A stretch of DNA of 64,000 bases from Picochlorum sp. SENEW3 (taxonomy: Eukaryota), in NCBI GenBank assembly GCA_034226945.1, contig CP120456.1, positions 310,001-374,000 on the forward strand. The letters are read 5' to 3'. How positions within the stretch are numbered: position 1 is the first letter of the stretch; each line of letters starts with the position of its first letter. A program made the position numbers and the translations under genes. The notes below the pieces were generated by a model. That model was not told where the DNA came from. It saw nothing but the letters and a program-made list of their open reading frames with translations, and made no database searches. Of the stretch, positions 1-12,835 are shown piece after piece.

Positions 1-1489
1 TTCTGTGATGACTTCCATGACTTCGAGTGGCGCTGCATGTGGGTGTTTCTCCAAGTACGCTGCAGCAACTCCTGCAACAGAGGGTGCCGCCATAGACTGC
101 ATAACATGAATGTTGCTGTCAGTGAGATGCACAGTTCATCGTTATTAATGTGTTGCCAATGTATACACGTACTGTTCCGGTTGCAAGAGTATATGCGCTA
201 TCCGATAATCTATTACACCTCTTCTCCGAACCACATGCAGAGTAGACATCAACACCAGCAGCAAAAATGTCAACGCATGGGCCCAGGTTGCTCCAATAGT
301 AAATGACATCCTCCTGTGTTGCATTCGAGTCGAATTTGTTGGGGATATCAGATGCCGCAACAGTGATTACTTCTGGAACATTTGCTGGGGTTACATAACA
401 TGCATCTTGCTGTGTGTTTCCTGCACATGTCACATATATGTAGCAAACAGAATTTGTGGCAATCATGATTGCAAGCATAGACACAGTACCTGATGCCACG
501 ACGGTCGTGATTCCATAGTTTCTCACCAAAGCTCTGGTTGCTTCCTCTAAAATCCTAGATCCAGACGAAGGTCCTTCGATTCCCAAGCTGAGCACAACAA
601 CTGAAGGACCCTTTGCATGCTCTGCAACCCAGTCTAATGCAGCAACCGTGTCTGACACACTTCCATCTCCATTACAGTCCAAAATTCTAACAGCTACAAT
701 GTCCGCATCTTTTGCGACTCCAACACCCTTTCCAGCTGCAGTCGCAGCAACATGTGTCCCATGACCATCACAATCGTCAGCTGATTCATCATCATCAATA
801 AAGTCAAAGCCACTTCGAATCCTGCCTGAAAACTCTTGGTGGGTCATCCGCGCCCCAGAGTCTAATACATATATCGTCACTCCCTTGCCAGTCGATACAC
901 TGTTATCATATTTGTATTGACGATCAAGAGGTAACTCACGCTGGTCTACCCGATCCAGGTGCCATTGAAGGGTCAACTCCTGATGTTTCTTCTCACCCTT
1001 GTCAAATCCTTGCACGATCTCGGGATTATCTTCTTTGAAGTAGTACTGCTGTGACATACCTGCAAAGCTACTTACGCCATCCCCATACGTCGATGTATTA
1101 CCCAACCAATACGGATTCGATCGATGCTTGCCCTCCAGCTTTTGCACCTTGGCATCCTCTTCCTCGTATAAAATTGCCCGAGGCAAGCATCGCTGCACTT
1201 TTGCTAAATCCTGTGCATCTAATGATCCAGAAAATCCAGAAAATAATTTACTATACACCCGTTTGCACATGTGGGGCATGTGGCAGTCATCATCCATGCC
1301 CAATGTGGCAGCTTTGATCTTGAACCCAGAAGTGGTGTACGCACACATTGCCCTCACCCTCAGCAGTGACTGGACGTCCTTCAAAATGATCATTACATTC
1401 TTCTTGTCTCCATTCGTTGGCGATGCGACGCTGTGGCCAGCCCCCAGAAGGACCAGCAATGCTAGAAAGCAGCTACCAAGTATGCACAT
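1..1489 (-). CDS. Secreted subtilisin-like serine protease (S8, proteinase K type); 3' end runs off the window
   Basis: Signal peptide [22 protein letters not shown]. Catalytic motifs VLDSG, HGTHVA and GT|SMAAP, the last rebuilt across GT-AG intron 97-172. A second in-frame intron lies at 421-489. Confidence 0.9.
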
Positions 1490-1931
1490 GATGTCCCATG
1501 CAATAATCTCACAGCTACTCCTACTGAGAGCAGTACATTGACAGGTGTTCAACAAAAATGAGAGCAAATCGATATATGTGTGCGACAACGTATCGATTTT
1601 GGGAATGGAAAGGGCACGCGGCCATACATGCAGGAACGTGCCACCTGGGAATTGCACAAGTGTCCGAGGAGGACGCCATCCATGCCTGTCTCGGAAGGAT
1701 CCAAAATTCCTTACTTGATACATTAAAAAACCCTATTGATAAAAAGGCACATTAAAAAACAGACAAGATAGACACTTCTGATACGTTATGGATTCAATAC
1801 TTCAATATAGTAGCAAGATTTTATTACATAGGGAATCATACGCTCACAGCGATCATCATCATCTGCCCTCTGTTTGCTGCTGCTGAGTTTTTCCTGAATG
1901 ATTTGAAACTCAGCTCAAGTACAGAGAGAAA

Positions 1932-2899
1932 ATGCGAGCAGAAGCGTTTGTAACAGGTCCTAAAATTGAAATTAGAAAATTAGATGAGGCAACGTGCGAG
2001 TTTTACTTGACCGGGACGGATGTTAGCATCGCAAATGCCTTGAGGCGGGTGATTTTGGCAGAGGTGCGGCGCTGTGGGTCATGAAACGCTGGATCCTTAT
2101 GCACAAAGCTTACTGTTTTATCTATTTTTTACAGGTACCAACGATTGCCATAGAGCTTGTTGAGATTGAGACGAATACGACTGTGTTGAACGATGAGTTT
2201 CTTTCTCATAGACTCGGTTTGATTCCGCTGGTCAGCGTGGATGTGCATAACATGAAGACAATCTACGAAGCTGGAGAGGATGAAGAGGTTCAGGATGTCG
2301 TGATGTCACTGGATATTGTGTGTACAACGGAAGATACGTTGAATGTGACGAGTAATGATCTCATCCTGGACCCATCGTATCCTAGGGTAGCTCCTATTGG
2401 GTACCATGATAGAGATGCGCGGGGTATTTTGATTGTGAAGATGAGAAAGGGGCAAGAATTGAAGCTGAGGGCTATTGCAAGGAAGGGTATTGGGAAGGAT
2501 CATGCTAAATGGAATCCGGTTGCAACTGCTGTGTTTCAGCATTTGGCAGAGATTAAGATTGATAATGCAATGCTGTCGTCGTTGACGGATGAGCAGAGGG
2601 ATGCGTTGTGTGATGCAGATCCGAAGGGGACGTTCAAGCATAATAGAATAGCGCAGACGATAGAAGTGGAAGATCCAGAACTGTATCAGTTTGATGGGGA
2701 GGTACTTGAAAAAGCAAATGAATTAGGTGTTCCTGGGGCGATTGATATTATTCAACGGGAAGATGCATTTTTATTCAAGATTGAGAGTACTGGGGCTCGT
2801 CCTGTTGCTGATATTGTGACGAGTGCATTTGAAGTTTTGCAGCATAAATTAGTCACGTTGGAGAACGGTTTGGAACATTTATTGACTCAAAATGTGTAA
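1932..2899 (+). CDS. RPB3: RNA polymerase II subunit RPB3
   Basis: Exon 1 1932-2063 (SIANALRRVILAE), intron 2064-2134, exon 2 VPTIAIELVEI..DEFLSHRLGLIPL..GIGKDHAKWNP. Confidence 0.93.
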
Positions 2900-2919
2900 C
2901 AATGATGTGGAATACAAAA

Positions 2920-4587
2920 TTAAGCAGCGATTGGAAGTTTTCCTCCTCTAATCTCCCTGGTTGGTGATCTCATTGTGACAAACTCTTCAGCTGATGAGGG
3001 ATGGATACCCACGACAGTGTCCAACTGCGCTTTTGTCACTCCCATTTTCACAGCAACACCCATTCCTTGCATAATTTCTGCAGAATCTGGGCCCACCATG
3101 TGAACGCCAACAACCTTGTCAGATTCTTTGGCAACAATGAGCTTCATCAATGTCTTGCCCTCGGCACCACTGATTGTGTTTCTCATTGGCCTAAACGTGG
3201 AGGTGTACACATCAACATCATGGTATTTGGCGACAGCGGCCTCTTCTGTCAGTCCCACTGTTCCAATTTCTGGGTGAGAGAAGACAGCAGTCGCAATATT
3301 GGAGTGGTCTGGGGCCGTAGGCTTGTCCTCGAAGAGCGTCTTGAGCAATGCCATGGCCTCCATGAGTGCAACTGGGGTAAGTGCCATCCTTCCAGTGACA
3401 TCACCAACAGCCCAAATGGAGTCGCATGTGGTGCGTGAGTATTCATCCACTTTGATTGCTCCATTTTCCGCAAGTTCCACTCCAGCATTCTCCAACCCAA
3501 GGTTGGCCACATTAGGGCGCCGTCCAGTGGCCAACATGATTTGGTCTGCCTCCAACACCTCATCAGGGTGTTTGCCGACGGCACACCTGACCGTCAATTC
3601 AAGTTTACCATTAGGCTTTCGGACAATAGATTTTGGTTGCCTGAGCATATGCAGATTAATACCATTCAATTCGTACTGTTCAGCAACAAACTTTCTGACC
3701 TCGTGGTCAAATCCACGCAAAGGAGCTGGCTGACGGCAAACGACATGGGTATCAACGCCAAGCTTGGCAAAGATTCCAGCAAACTCCACTCCAATATACC
3801 CACCACCAATAATGATCATATTCTCTGGAACGCTTTGCATATCCAGGACATGATCACTCACAATTGCCAATTCACTCCCTTCAAAAGGTGGAACAAAAGC
3901 CCTGGCCCCAGTGGCAATGACAATATTCTTGGCCGTGAACCTCTTTCCATTCACCTCCACAGTGTGTGGATCCACAATAGTTCCTCTTCCCTCGTGGACA
4001 TCCACGTCTGCATTATCAAGAAGTCTCATATACACACCATTCAGGCGAAGGAGCTCAGCCTCCTTCTTCTCCATAAAATGCTTCCAGTTCAACGAAGGCT
4101 TGCCAGGAATCTCCCATCCAAATCCTTCAGCATCTTTAAACTGCTCAGCATAATCGCTGCAGTACACGAACAATTTCTTTGGCACACATCCTCTAAGCAC
4201 ACAGGTTCCTCCAGCTCCTCCAGTCTCATCTGATGCAATTGGATCATACGGCATCTCACAAATGGCAACCTTGGCACCGTAGCTTGATGCAGCCATTCGA
4301 GCAGCACGAACACCTCCACTTCCAGCACCAATGCAGAAGAGATCATAATCATAACCTGCCCCGTTTCCATTGCCAGCAGCATTCACGTTTGCGCTGCTTG
4401 GTCTCTGGGCAACCGCCATTGTTTTAAGCAGTCGTCCATTGAGCTGCTTGGAAATATATGCATGTTTATGCACATGAGATCGCAACGCATTGTTGGAGAC
4501 TGCGGACTTGAGAGAGGAAAGCAAGCCTGCAAACACAACATGAGATCTTTTGTCAGAAAGAGACCCAAACAACCCGATCAAACCCAT
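2920..4587 (-). CDS. GR: Glutathione reductase with N-terminal targeting extension
   Basis: GAGSGG FAD-binding motif, GGTCVLRGCVPKK redox disulfide, GGGYIGVE, C-terminal IHPSSAEEF. Confidence 0.93.
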   Translation of the reverse strand: MGLIGLFGSLSDKRSHVVFAGLLSSLKSAVSNNALRSHVHKHAYISKQLNGRLLKTMAVAQRPSSANVNAAGNGNGAGYDYDLFCIGAGSGGVRAARMAASSYGAKVAICEMPYDPIASDETGGAGGTCVLRGCVPKKLFVYCSDYAEQFKDAEGFGWEIPGKPSLNWKHFMEKKEAELLRLNGVYMRLLDNADVDVHEGRGTIVDPHTVEVNGKRFTAKNIVIATGARAFVPPFEGSELAIVSDHVLDMQSVPENMIIIGGGYIGVEFAGIFAKLGVDTHVVCRQPAPLRGFDHEVRKFVAEQYELNGINLHMLRQPKSIVRKPNGKLELTVRCAVGKHPDEVLEADQIMLATGRRPNVANLGLENAGVELAENGAIKVDEYSRTTCDSIWAVGDVTGRMALTPVALMEAMALLKTLFEDKPTAPDHSNIATAVFSHPEIGTVGLTEEAAVAKYHDVDVYTSTFRPMRNTISGAEGKTLMKLIVAKESDKVVGVHMVGPDSAEIMQGMGVAVKMGVTKAQLDTVVGIHPSSAEEFVTMRSPTREIRGGKLPIAA

Positions 4588-4908
4588 TAAGTATTCATGA
4601 TATGTGTACGTGAAGTAATAAAACCGCTTTCGATGGAGAATCATGCATCCGCACTTGACGGATCACTGGCCCTTACCTGGCACAGAGCGGCCCTGCTGAA
4701 CAACAGCCCTTGATGCTACCATGGACATTTCAACCCTTGTAATGGTATATTTGAAATACTACAACGTTTTGATTTATTATATCCCATGCATACTACACAC
4801 AGGCTTCTATACCTGTTTGGGTTTGCATGCTTGCATCAGATTGGGCCAGCTAGCTGCGCATTCTGAGATTGGAATCGGGGGCCCGAATGCATGTCCCTCT
4901 ACGTACTA

Positions 4909-6265
4909 CTATTGTATTGAAAATGTAGGAGGGGGCAAGGAAAAGGATGAATCAATCTGAGAGATGGCATCTATGCATTCGAGAATACCGTCGACTGTGA
5001 CAGTGTCGAGTGTCTTGACATGTCCACCTGGTAGGCATACCTGATACGTTGCATCATCTGTTGCCTGCTTCTTCTCAGGCACCAATTCCCTCCATTGAAT
5101 ATCAGAATCCACAGGTAGCCACATGCTATATTTCTTGCCGAACAGAGAGCTCCAAAATGACGACCTTGGCTGTTCACCATGGCTGGTGACAAACGTCAAC
5201 CCTAGCACCATGCTTTCATAACCGGCTCTGTCAAACTCTATACGCACAGGCTCCCCATCAATATCTCGACATTCAACACATCCTGAGATGGATTGGTGTT
5301 GTAATTTGACTCCGGACCAAATGCTTGTGGAAATATCCGTCATTGGTTTCCCAAAATATTGCCCAAGTTGGTCCTTGAGGGCAGCCCTGACAGCACCGTC
5401 GCCATCTTGAATAGTCACGCCCATCGACACAGACATTGATAGACCTTGTGCTGACTTTGAACTGCATGTAAGCTTTAGGGAGGATGGATCTTGTAGGGAT
5501 GAGACCATCTCAGCAACGGGTTGCTCTAGGATACATTCAACAGCTTGCCATCTCTACATGTGAGTGCACATAGATATCATCATGATTCAGATATCATATT
5601 CAATAGTATCGAATATGTAACGCACCAAGGTTGCCCACATTGGGGATTCTGGGAGCATATCCAACACATGCTCTGACTCTGCACCAAATAGTCTAGCATG
5701 CTGCTTCACCATATCTCTGGCAAAGCCCCGTAACCTCTCCATCGCCCTTGGATCAACATATTCTACTAATTGAAATAGGACTCGAAGCGACCGAAGGTCC
5801 TCCAATGCATCCGTTGGTCGCTCTCGAAGCCTCATCCTGACACCTGGCACCATGTTGTCAACCATCTGAGCCATGTGGCTATTGGAATCAAGAATATCGA
5901 GTACCTTTTTCGCTAATGCTGCAGATCTCATTCTCTCAAAAGCATGTAAATACACCAATGTCCCACATGCTTGCGCATTTTCTGCACCACACAAATCAAC
6001 CACACGACATGATGATGGTGCCATGGACCAGCATACACGAATGACAACTGCTGTATCACACACCTATATCAGCTTTCAAAGTCATAACACAGGAAGATCC
6101 TACGGATATTTCAATGTCCGCCGTTGATGACGCCATCACACAAGAACAGATGATTGAGCGATGCAGCCTTTTTTCTGCAAAGGAAAAAGGCCTTGGTTGC
6201 AATACTGCACCAGGCTGTCGACATGCCGTCAGTCTCACGCATCTAGTTGACATCACCACATCCAT
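4909..6265 (-). CDS. Hypothetical protein, probably organelle-targeted, 3 exons
   Basis: Three consecutive minus-strand ORFs join in frame through GT-AG introns 6064-6103 and 5554-5625. The N-terminus is S/R-rich. Confidence 0.6.
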
Positions 6266-6455
6266 TATATTGTATTGAAAATTCACCCAGCAGCAGCAGC
6301 AGCGGCACTAAAATGCGGTGAAGATCAAGCAGAGATTTAATTTTTAAACATGCACTCCATCGCTCGTGTCTTTCATATTGACGCTAGTACACCCTATTAT
6401 ATCAAGTTATTGCAAAAATAAAAATAAAAAACTATATATGCATGGGGCAATACAA

Positions 6456-7994
6456 TCATTTCTTCTTTGAATTCCTACGACCTCGTCGAACTTCTGGCAC
6501 CGGCATCAGGGTTCCACCCACAGCTTCATTCGCCTGGCCTCCTTGAGCCTGTTGAATGGTATCTCGCGCTTCAATAAACATCATTAAATCACGGACTTGT
6601 TCCTTCATGTCAGCAAGCTCAATCTGCAATGATTCTTCACGGGCCTGCGCTGCCTTGAGTTTCTCTGAAAATGCCTTTTGGTTGGACAAGAGCGTCTCAT
6701 TCAACTGTCTCAAAAACTCTTTTTCTTCACGGACGCTGGCAAGCTTTTCATCAAGCTGTTGATTCTTATGCCGTACTTGTCTTAATTTCGATTCTGCTAC
6801 TTGAGCAGCCGCATCGGCTGCTTCTGCTGACTTTTTCGAGCATGCCCATGCAGCCCTGGTACTCTCCAAAATTGCCTCAGTCTCCTTGTGATGGCTCTCA
6901 ACAATCTTTTCAAAATAGGCTCTTTGCGTTTCAAGCTGAGATACCATAATATGCGTGAATTCAGTCGTGATTGCATCGACTTTACTCTTCACAAGAGCAT
7001 CATCAGGTATTGACTCTGAGCGGTCTGCAACATGTTTACCCAAGCCATCCTCCTCCTTGCGCGGCTGCAACGAATTGCTCACCAATCGATGTACATATGC
7101 ATCCTGAGCATAATCCCAGATCCTCTGAGATTCCAACTCCAACGCATACCCATGCCCAGTCTCCTCAAAATGGTTGGCCGCATGTGAGCCCTTGTATCGC
7201 CCGCACCCAACATGACCACAAATGAGGCACATCCACAAATCCACCGACGTCGAGCACACGCTGCAGCTCGACGCATTCTCCGCGGGATGTTGACAATAAC
7301 GACACACCGGACACGAAGAGTCAACCCACTGCCTCAGACACTGATTATGAAACCTATGGTTACACACAGTGGTCACAATTCCACTCACATGCCCATCCAG
7401 CCGCTCCAAACACACTGGGCATGATGGCAACTCTGTCACACCCTGAGGCGCCACAGTCCTCTCTCCATCATCCGTCGCTTCAAAATATTGTACATCACGC
7501 ACGTACAAGACATGGCACATCAGCTCTGGCTCGAGCAGACAGAAAGGCTTGTCATTATACTCGTGATAAAATCCATCCGCAGAGCTCTGACTATCGAATC
7601 GCAACAGCACCAAATGCCTCGTCGAACTCTCCCCATCCTTCCGCACAAGCCGAATTTCATTCACACGTTCAAAATAACTGCCCAAAAACGCGCACAGCTC
7701 GGCAAAACCCATGTCCGGAGGGGTGGACATGATACACAACTGACAGCTCCGCCCAGGCACATCATCCCTTTCTTCTATATCCCTATACAGATGAACTGTT
7801 CCTGTTATATGTTCCACTCGTGGATTCCCAGCAGAAAAGTCCACCACATCGACGAATGACGACACGTCCGGATGACTTTTCGAGTCGACAGTGTCACCCA
7901 CGACCTCCTCACCGCTCCAATCTGAATCCTTTTTGTTTGAATAAACATGTTTCTGCACCCTCCTCTCCGAGGTGGCCACCTTGATGGAGTACAT
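6456..7994 (-). CDS. BRAP2: BRAP2/BRIZ-type E3 ligase (BRAP2 + RING-H2 + zf-UBP + coiled coil)
   Basis: ELPSCPVCLERLD..CNHRFHNQCL..CPVCRY RING; LWMCLICGHVGCGRY..HA..H zf-UBP. Confidence 0.9.
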   Translation of the reverse strand: MYSIKVATSERRVQKHVYSNKKDSDWSGEEVVGDTVDSKSHPDVSSFVDVVDFSAGNPRVEHITGTVHLYRDIEERDDVPGRSCQLCIMSTPPDMGFAELCAFLGSYFERVNEIRLVRKDGESSTRHLVLLRFDSQSSADGFYHEYNDKPFCLLEPELMCHVLYVRDVQYFEATDDGERTVAPQGVTELPSCPVCLERLDGHVSGIVTTVCNHRFHNQCLRQWVDSSCPVCRYCQHPAENASSCSVCSTSVDLWMCLICGHVGCGRYKGSHAANHFEETGHGYALELESQRIWDYAQDAYVHRLVSNSLQPRKEEDGLGKHVADRSESIPDDALVKSKVDAITTEFTHIMVSQLETQRAYFEKIVESHHKETEAILESTRAAWACSKKSAEAADAAAQVAESKLRQVRHKNQQLDEKLASVREEKEFLRQLNETLLSNQKAFSEKLKAAQAREESLQIELADMKEQVRDLMMFIEARDTIQQAQGGQANEAVGGTLMPVPEVRRGRRNSKKK

Positions 7995-8356
7995 TGTGTA
8001 GTCTCGTCGACCTACTCACGAGGACGAATTCGTTTCTCCTCCTCGCCCTCTTTTCCTTCCAGAACTCAAGTCTAACTGGTTTAATAAACTATAAAATACA
8101 AGTCTATGAGGTATGTGTGTATCCGTGGGTTTTGATGTGTTGTCAGGAGATTGGCCAAGTCTCCTTAATCAAATCATTACATAAAACAGAGTCTCATGAC
8201 TCGATTGAAATCTCACATTCAATTCACAGTGGCAATTATTACTGTATATGGATGAATCCATGCACATGGAGAGGCAGTATCATGCCTCAAACATAACACA
8301 GGAGTCGTCTGTTGTGAATTTGAACATTCAAATCATTTCAATCCGCTGAGTCATCC

Positions 8357-9829
8357 ATGATTCGTCTCCTTTCCATGAATCATGTGGATAAACGAATGCG
8401 TATATCATTGTTTCTTGTCATGGTACTACTGGTTGCCAGCGAGTCTGTTGGAGTAGAAGCAGCGAATGCCCGGGTGTTGCAACACAAGGCAACCAAGCCA
8501 AAGCCCAGTCTGGCTCAGCCAGACTACACTGTGTATCACACAAAGTAGGTACTTTTGTTATTAAGTATGTAGACATGCAACACGTTATAATAATAATAAT
8601 AACCTTGCTATGTATCGCTATGATGCAGGAAAGCATTCAAGGATGCTGTTCAGAGGCTTGTGGATTCTTGTGCAGCGTTGACCATGGACATGGTGTCATA
8701 TGCGGCAGACGATGATCCGTCCTATGTTGCGAACATGAGCGTTGTAACTTTCAATAATGCAGATAGATCTGCATCCAAATCACGTGGTGATGATGATGGT
8801 CGGCTCCATGTCTTGTTGGATTTTGGTGAGCATGGTCGGGAGCTGATTTCCTCAGAGGTGGGGCTGAGTTTTCTTGCATCGCTCTGCGATGAGGCATATA
8901 GACAATCGTTAGTTACCAAGTATACTTTAGATGATACGATACAGGACGTATTGAATGCCATGGTGATCCATGTGATTCCCATGGAGAATGAACATGGGAG
9001 AGACAAGGTGGAAGAGGGCAATCTGTGTGAGCGTAAGAATGGCAGGGGTGTGGACCCGAATAGAAATTGGCCTGTAGATTGGGGTAAGAAGGAGCCTGAT
9101 TATGACCCGTCGGAAGAATATCCGGGGCCGAGGCCTTTTAGCGAACCAGAAGCTGTCGCAGTCAGGGAGATTGTGGCAACCTACAATCCAGATGTCTTTA
9201 TTAATATTCATAGTGGGATGGAGGCATTGTTTGTTCCCTATGATCATAGAAAAGATATTCCGTACAGCGAGAGTGTGAACGCGACTCTTGATAGGCTGAA
9301 CGATCTGAACACAAAGTTCTGTAATGGGTCATGTTCTGTGGGGTCTGGTGGTGCCAATGTTGGATACTTGGCCCATGGGACTGCCACAGACTACATCCAC
9401 CAGGAAATGCATGTCCCCATTACAATGACGTGGGAAATCTACGGGGACTTCTCGGCAGCCTATGAGGATTGTTTTCGTTCGTTCAATCCAGTAGATAAAG
9501 CGCACGTAGGTACATTTGTGGATCGATGGGTAGCCAGCGTGCTCTATTTTCTCCAAACATTGCCGGACCATCCATCCACGCGCGAGCGCCTTCAGACTTC
9601 GCATGAGGGACCCATCATCTTTGATCGTAAAACGATAGAAGGAAGAGGCATGATAGTAGGAGGAGTACTCGGACAAGCAGGCATGCTCTGCTTGTTCCTC
9701 TTCTTCTTCTTCCTCCTAGTCTCCTTGTGTTGGAACAGAGCCAGGCGACGGATCCCACCCATCATGCGAGGCCTCCGTCGCCAATCGGATACACCTAAAA
9801 AGGGCGCAAACCCTTATTATGCGGTATAA
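8357..9829 (+). CDS. Zinc carboxypeptidase (M14), signal peptide and C-terminal TM
   Basis: GEHGRE, RKNGRGVDPNRNW, PFSEPE, NIHSG. Intron 8545-8628. The start may instead be 8396. Confidence 0.85.
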
Positions 9830-9905
9830 ATGTATATTTAGTAATGCAATAGCAACACAGAGGCAAGTATTATCTTCTTTAAAAAAATACAAGAGCAAGA
9901 CAAGA

Positions 9906-10802
9906 ATGCGACGAAAGAAGCAAAAGCATACGAGACGAGCGTTACGATTCTATAGAATAAACTTTGGATTCCATCCTCCATATAAAATACTTGTCGATGG
10001 GAATTTCATCAATGCTATTGTTCAGCTCAAGTACGTATCCAAATGCATGGAATGACACATGGTACCAATCTGTTTTGTTTTACACTGTAATCAATTGATA
10101 TGCAGACGAGGGGATATTGAATCACAATTACGTCATTTTTTGGGAGATGCATGTCGTGTATATACCACACGATGCTGTATTCACGAATTGAAAAGTATGG
10201 GTGCAGAGCTTGGAGGTACGTCTTGGCAATGCGTGTCATGAATTCATGCCATCATCACCATCTTTACTATTGTGTATATATAATCTGATGCAGAGGCGAG
10301 GAAAGCGTCGAAACAATTGCGTATACATCAGTGTGGGCATGATCAAGAGCCAGTCTCTGCCTCTGAATGCCTCATGTCTCAAGTGGATCAAAACAACCAG
10401 GAGCATTTCTTCATCGCGACGCAGGATAGAAATTTACAAAATCAAATAACACGACAGCCGGCTGGTGCCGTCTTGTTTGCGACTGTGAATGGGATACAGA
10501 TGGAAATGCCATCAGAAAAGCAAAAATCCCATGTAGTACAGCAAGTTCAGAAAAAGATGATGCCAGGTGACATTGAGAGACAGAGCAACATGGTGGCGTC
10601 TGAACATGATCAACGTTCTAGTAGTATGAGGTATAGAGGTGTTAAGAAGGCAAAGGGACCAAATCCCTTGTCTATGAAACCGAAAAAGGATAGACACAGT
10701 GGCCATCCACCTTTGGGCAATGAGAATACAGATACAGCGACAAAGAAGAAGAATAGTAGAGTCAGAAAAAGTCGAATACGACAGGAACAGACGACTGATT
10801 GA
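9906..10802 (+). CDS. UTP23: rRNA-processing PIN-domain protein UTP23
   Basis: MRRKKQKHTRRALRFY..FGFHPPYKILVDGNF, FFIATQD, KKAKGPNPLS. Introns 10031-10105 and 10216-10293. Confidence 0.9.
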
Positions 10803-11124
10803 CATTGCAATAGACGGCGTGCGCTCATGAAGGTTCATTCAGATCCCTTGACATGCATGTGCATGAAGTACCTACAAGATTGCCCTCGGACCGGCCAATC
10901 TCGTAAAAAGCAGTTGGTCGGTCCTGTGTGATGCGTGTCATTCTGTTTGCTTCATGAAAAGATATGGACTATCAATCAATAGTGGACTGTATGTAATACG
11001 AATAGTTTGTGTTTTTCAGCGTAGATGAGGATGTTGTTGACAACCATGGCAACATACCGTTGACCAACGCGTTCCTTCTTTTTTACTCTGTGACCATACA
11101 TAGATAGATAGAGGTATTGCTGCG

Positions 11125-12828
11125 ATGAGTGTTCATACAAAAAAGATACCCATGGTGGATTCGAATGGAGTACATGTACATGGGAGGAAGCATCGTGCTC
11201 CAGCACCTCCCTCCCGGCGAAGGACGGCGTCGTTGCTCGGGTGGTTGGTCGGTCTCTTGATACTTGTCGGTCTGCGCGGATTTTATTACGGAGTACACAG
11301 TCATTCTCAGTCTCATACTTCATATTACGTTGTGTATAACAATGCGTCTCGAATAGGCGGCGGTTTGGTGGCACTGGAGGAGGTGGAGGACGACGCAGAG
11401 GTGTCGCTAGAGGCGTGTGCGGTGAATATGGCGTTTCCTGGGGTGGCTCCATTTCCTCAGACTCCACGATCCGTGATATATAAACCAATTGTGGATGGGA
11501 TGAGTGCAGATGCGTGTGCAGAGGCATTGGGGATTGACAAGGTTGCCATGCTGTTTTTGTCAAAGGGTGCTATTCACCATCATCTGTTCTGGAGGCAATG
11601 GTTTGCGTCGGCTGCTGGAAAGATTCCTCGGGAGAAAGGGTGTAGCTCGGATGGCCGTGTCATAGAATATTCAGCGTGTCAGCACATGCTGAATCCAGAG
11701 TTTCATTTTGATGATCCTGCGCAATACCAGGTGCTCTTCTCCTTGTATGTCCATGCACCTCCTGGGATGGAGCGGCATATGGATTCATTCTTCAGGAAAT
11801 ATCTCATCCCGAGGCAAGTTCAGGTTGCGTGGGGTGAGCATTCCATGATTTATGCGACGAGGGAGCTTTTATGGTACAGTTTCAAGGATCCCAGGAATAC
11901 AAGGTTTGTCTTGCTCAGCGAGAGTGATTTGCCCCTGTATGGGCCATCAACATTCTATTATCAGTTGATGAAGGAGCAGAAATCTAGAATAGATACGACA
12001 AATCTTCACCCAGTGGACTCGTATCGATGGCACTTTAGGTTTTTATGCGGTGATCCTCCCATCAAAGAGAAGGACTGGAGGAAATCGTCCCAATGGTTTT
12101 CACTGATACGCAAGCACGTGGGTATTATTCTGAATGACACGGGCGTGTATCGTACATTTGAAAAGTATTGCACATCATTTTACGATGATGTGTCAAACTA
12201 TTACCGTGTGTGTTACAGCGATGAGCATTATATTCCAGTGTTGCTGGCTGTATCGCGCGTGGAGCATGAGACCCATCCCAACCCAAATGGCATCACAGAT
12301 GTTGACTGGTCCCACGGAGGGGAGCACCCATGGGCATACACGCCGTCTCAGATACAGAAGAAGTTGTTTTATGCCAAGCTTCGAGTGACGTATGATTGCA
12401 TTATGGGAGTTGGGTCGCAAAGACAATTTATTGAGTCTGTGGAGAGGACCTATTTTGCACACATGTTTGACTCTCGTGTGAATGCCTCTGCGTCATCATT
12501 CACGTTGAATACCTCGTGTACTGCCTTGGAGGAGGAGCAAGAGGAGGAGGAAGATGAGACAGCTGGCGACCAGATGATTGGTATATTACGAAGAACAATC
12601 AGGAAGACGAAGAAAAAGCGCTATGTGGATTTGGGTCCGTCGTGTGCTCTCACGGCCAGAAAATTCAAAGCAGATACCAAGCAGGCAGTCTTGGACTTGT
12701 TTCGAGATCCAAACAAACTCGGCATCATTGATGCCCGTGTGATACAGCCCTTCAAAGATTGGTATCAGAATTATGAAGAAAGACGATTTAAATCGTTCTT
12801 TTTCGGAAGCAATGAAATAAAAAGGTGA
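11125..12828 (+). CDS. Core-2/I-branching beta-1,6-GlcNAc transferase-like (GT14-like/DUF266) type II membrane protein
   Basis: N-terminal TM; KVAMLFL, FSLYVH, VAWGEHSM, RFVLLSESDLPLY, WRKSSQWFSL, CYSDEHYIP, ARKF. Confidence 0.88.
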   Translation: MSVHTKKIPMVDSNGVHVHGRKHRAPAPPSRRRTASLLGWLVGLLILVGLRGFYYGVHSHSQSHTSYYVVYNNASRIGGGLVALEEVEDDAEVSLEACAVNMAFPGVAPFPQTPRSVIYKPIVDGMSADACAEALGIDKVAMLFLSKGAIHHHLFWRQWFASAAGKIPREKGCSSDGRVIEYSACQHMLNPEFHFDDPAQYQVLFSLYVHAPPGMERHMDSFFRKYLIPRQVQVAWGEHSMIYATRELLWYSFKDPRNTRFVLLSESDLPLYGPSTFYYQLMKEQKSRIDTTNLHPVDSYRWHFRFLCGDPPIKEKDWRKSSQWFSLIRKHVGIILNDTGVYRTFEKYCTSFYDDVSNYYRVCYSDEHYIPVLLAVSRVEHETHPNPNGITDVDWSHGGEHPWAYTPSQIQKKLFYAKLRVTYDCIMGVGSQRQFIESVERTYFAHMFDSRVNASASSFTLNTSCTALEEEQEEEEDETAGDQMIGILRRTIRKTKKKRYVDLGPSCALTARKFKADTKQAVLDLFRDPNKLGIIDARVIQPFKDWYQNYEERRFKSFFFGSNEIKR

Positions 12829-12835
12829 ATCAGGC

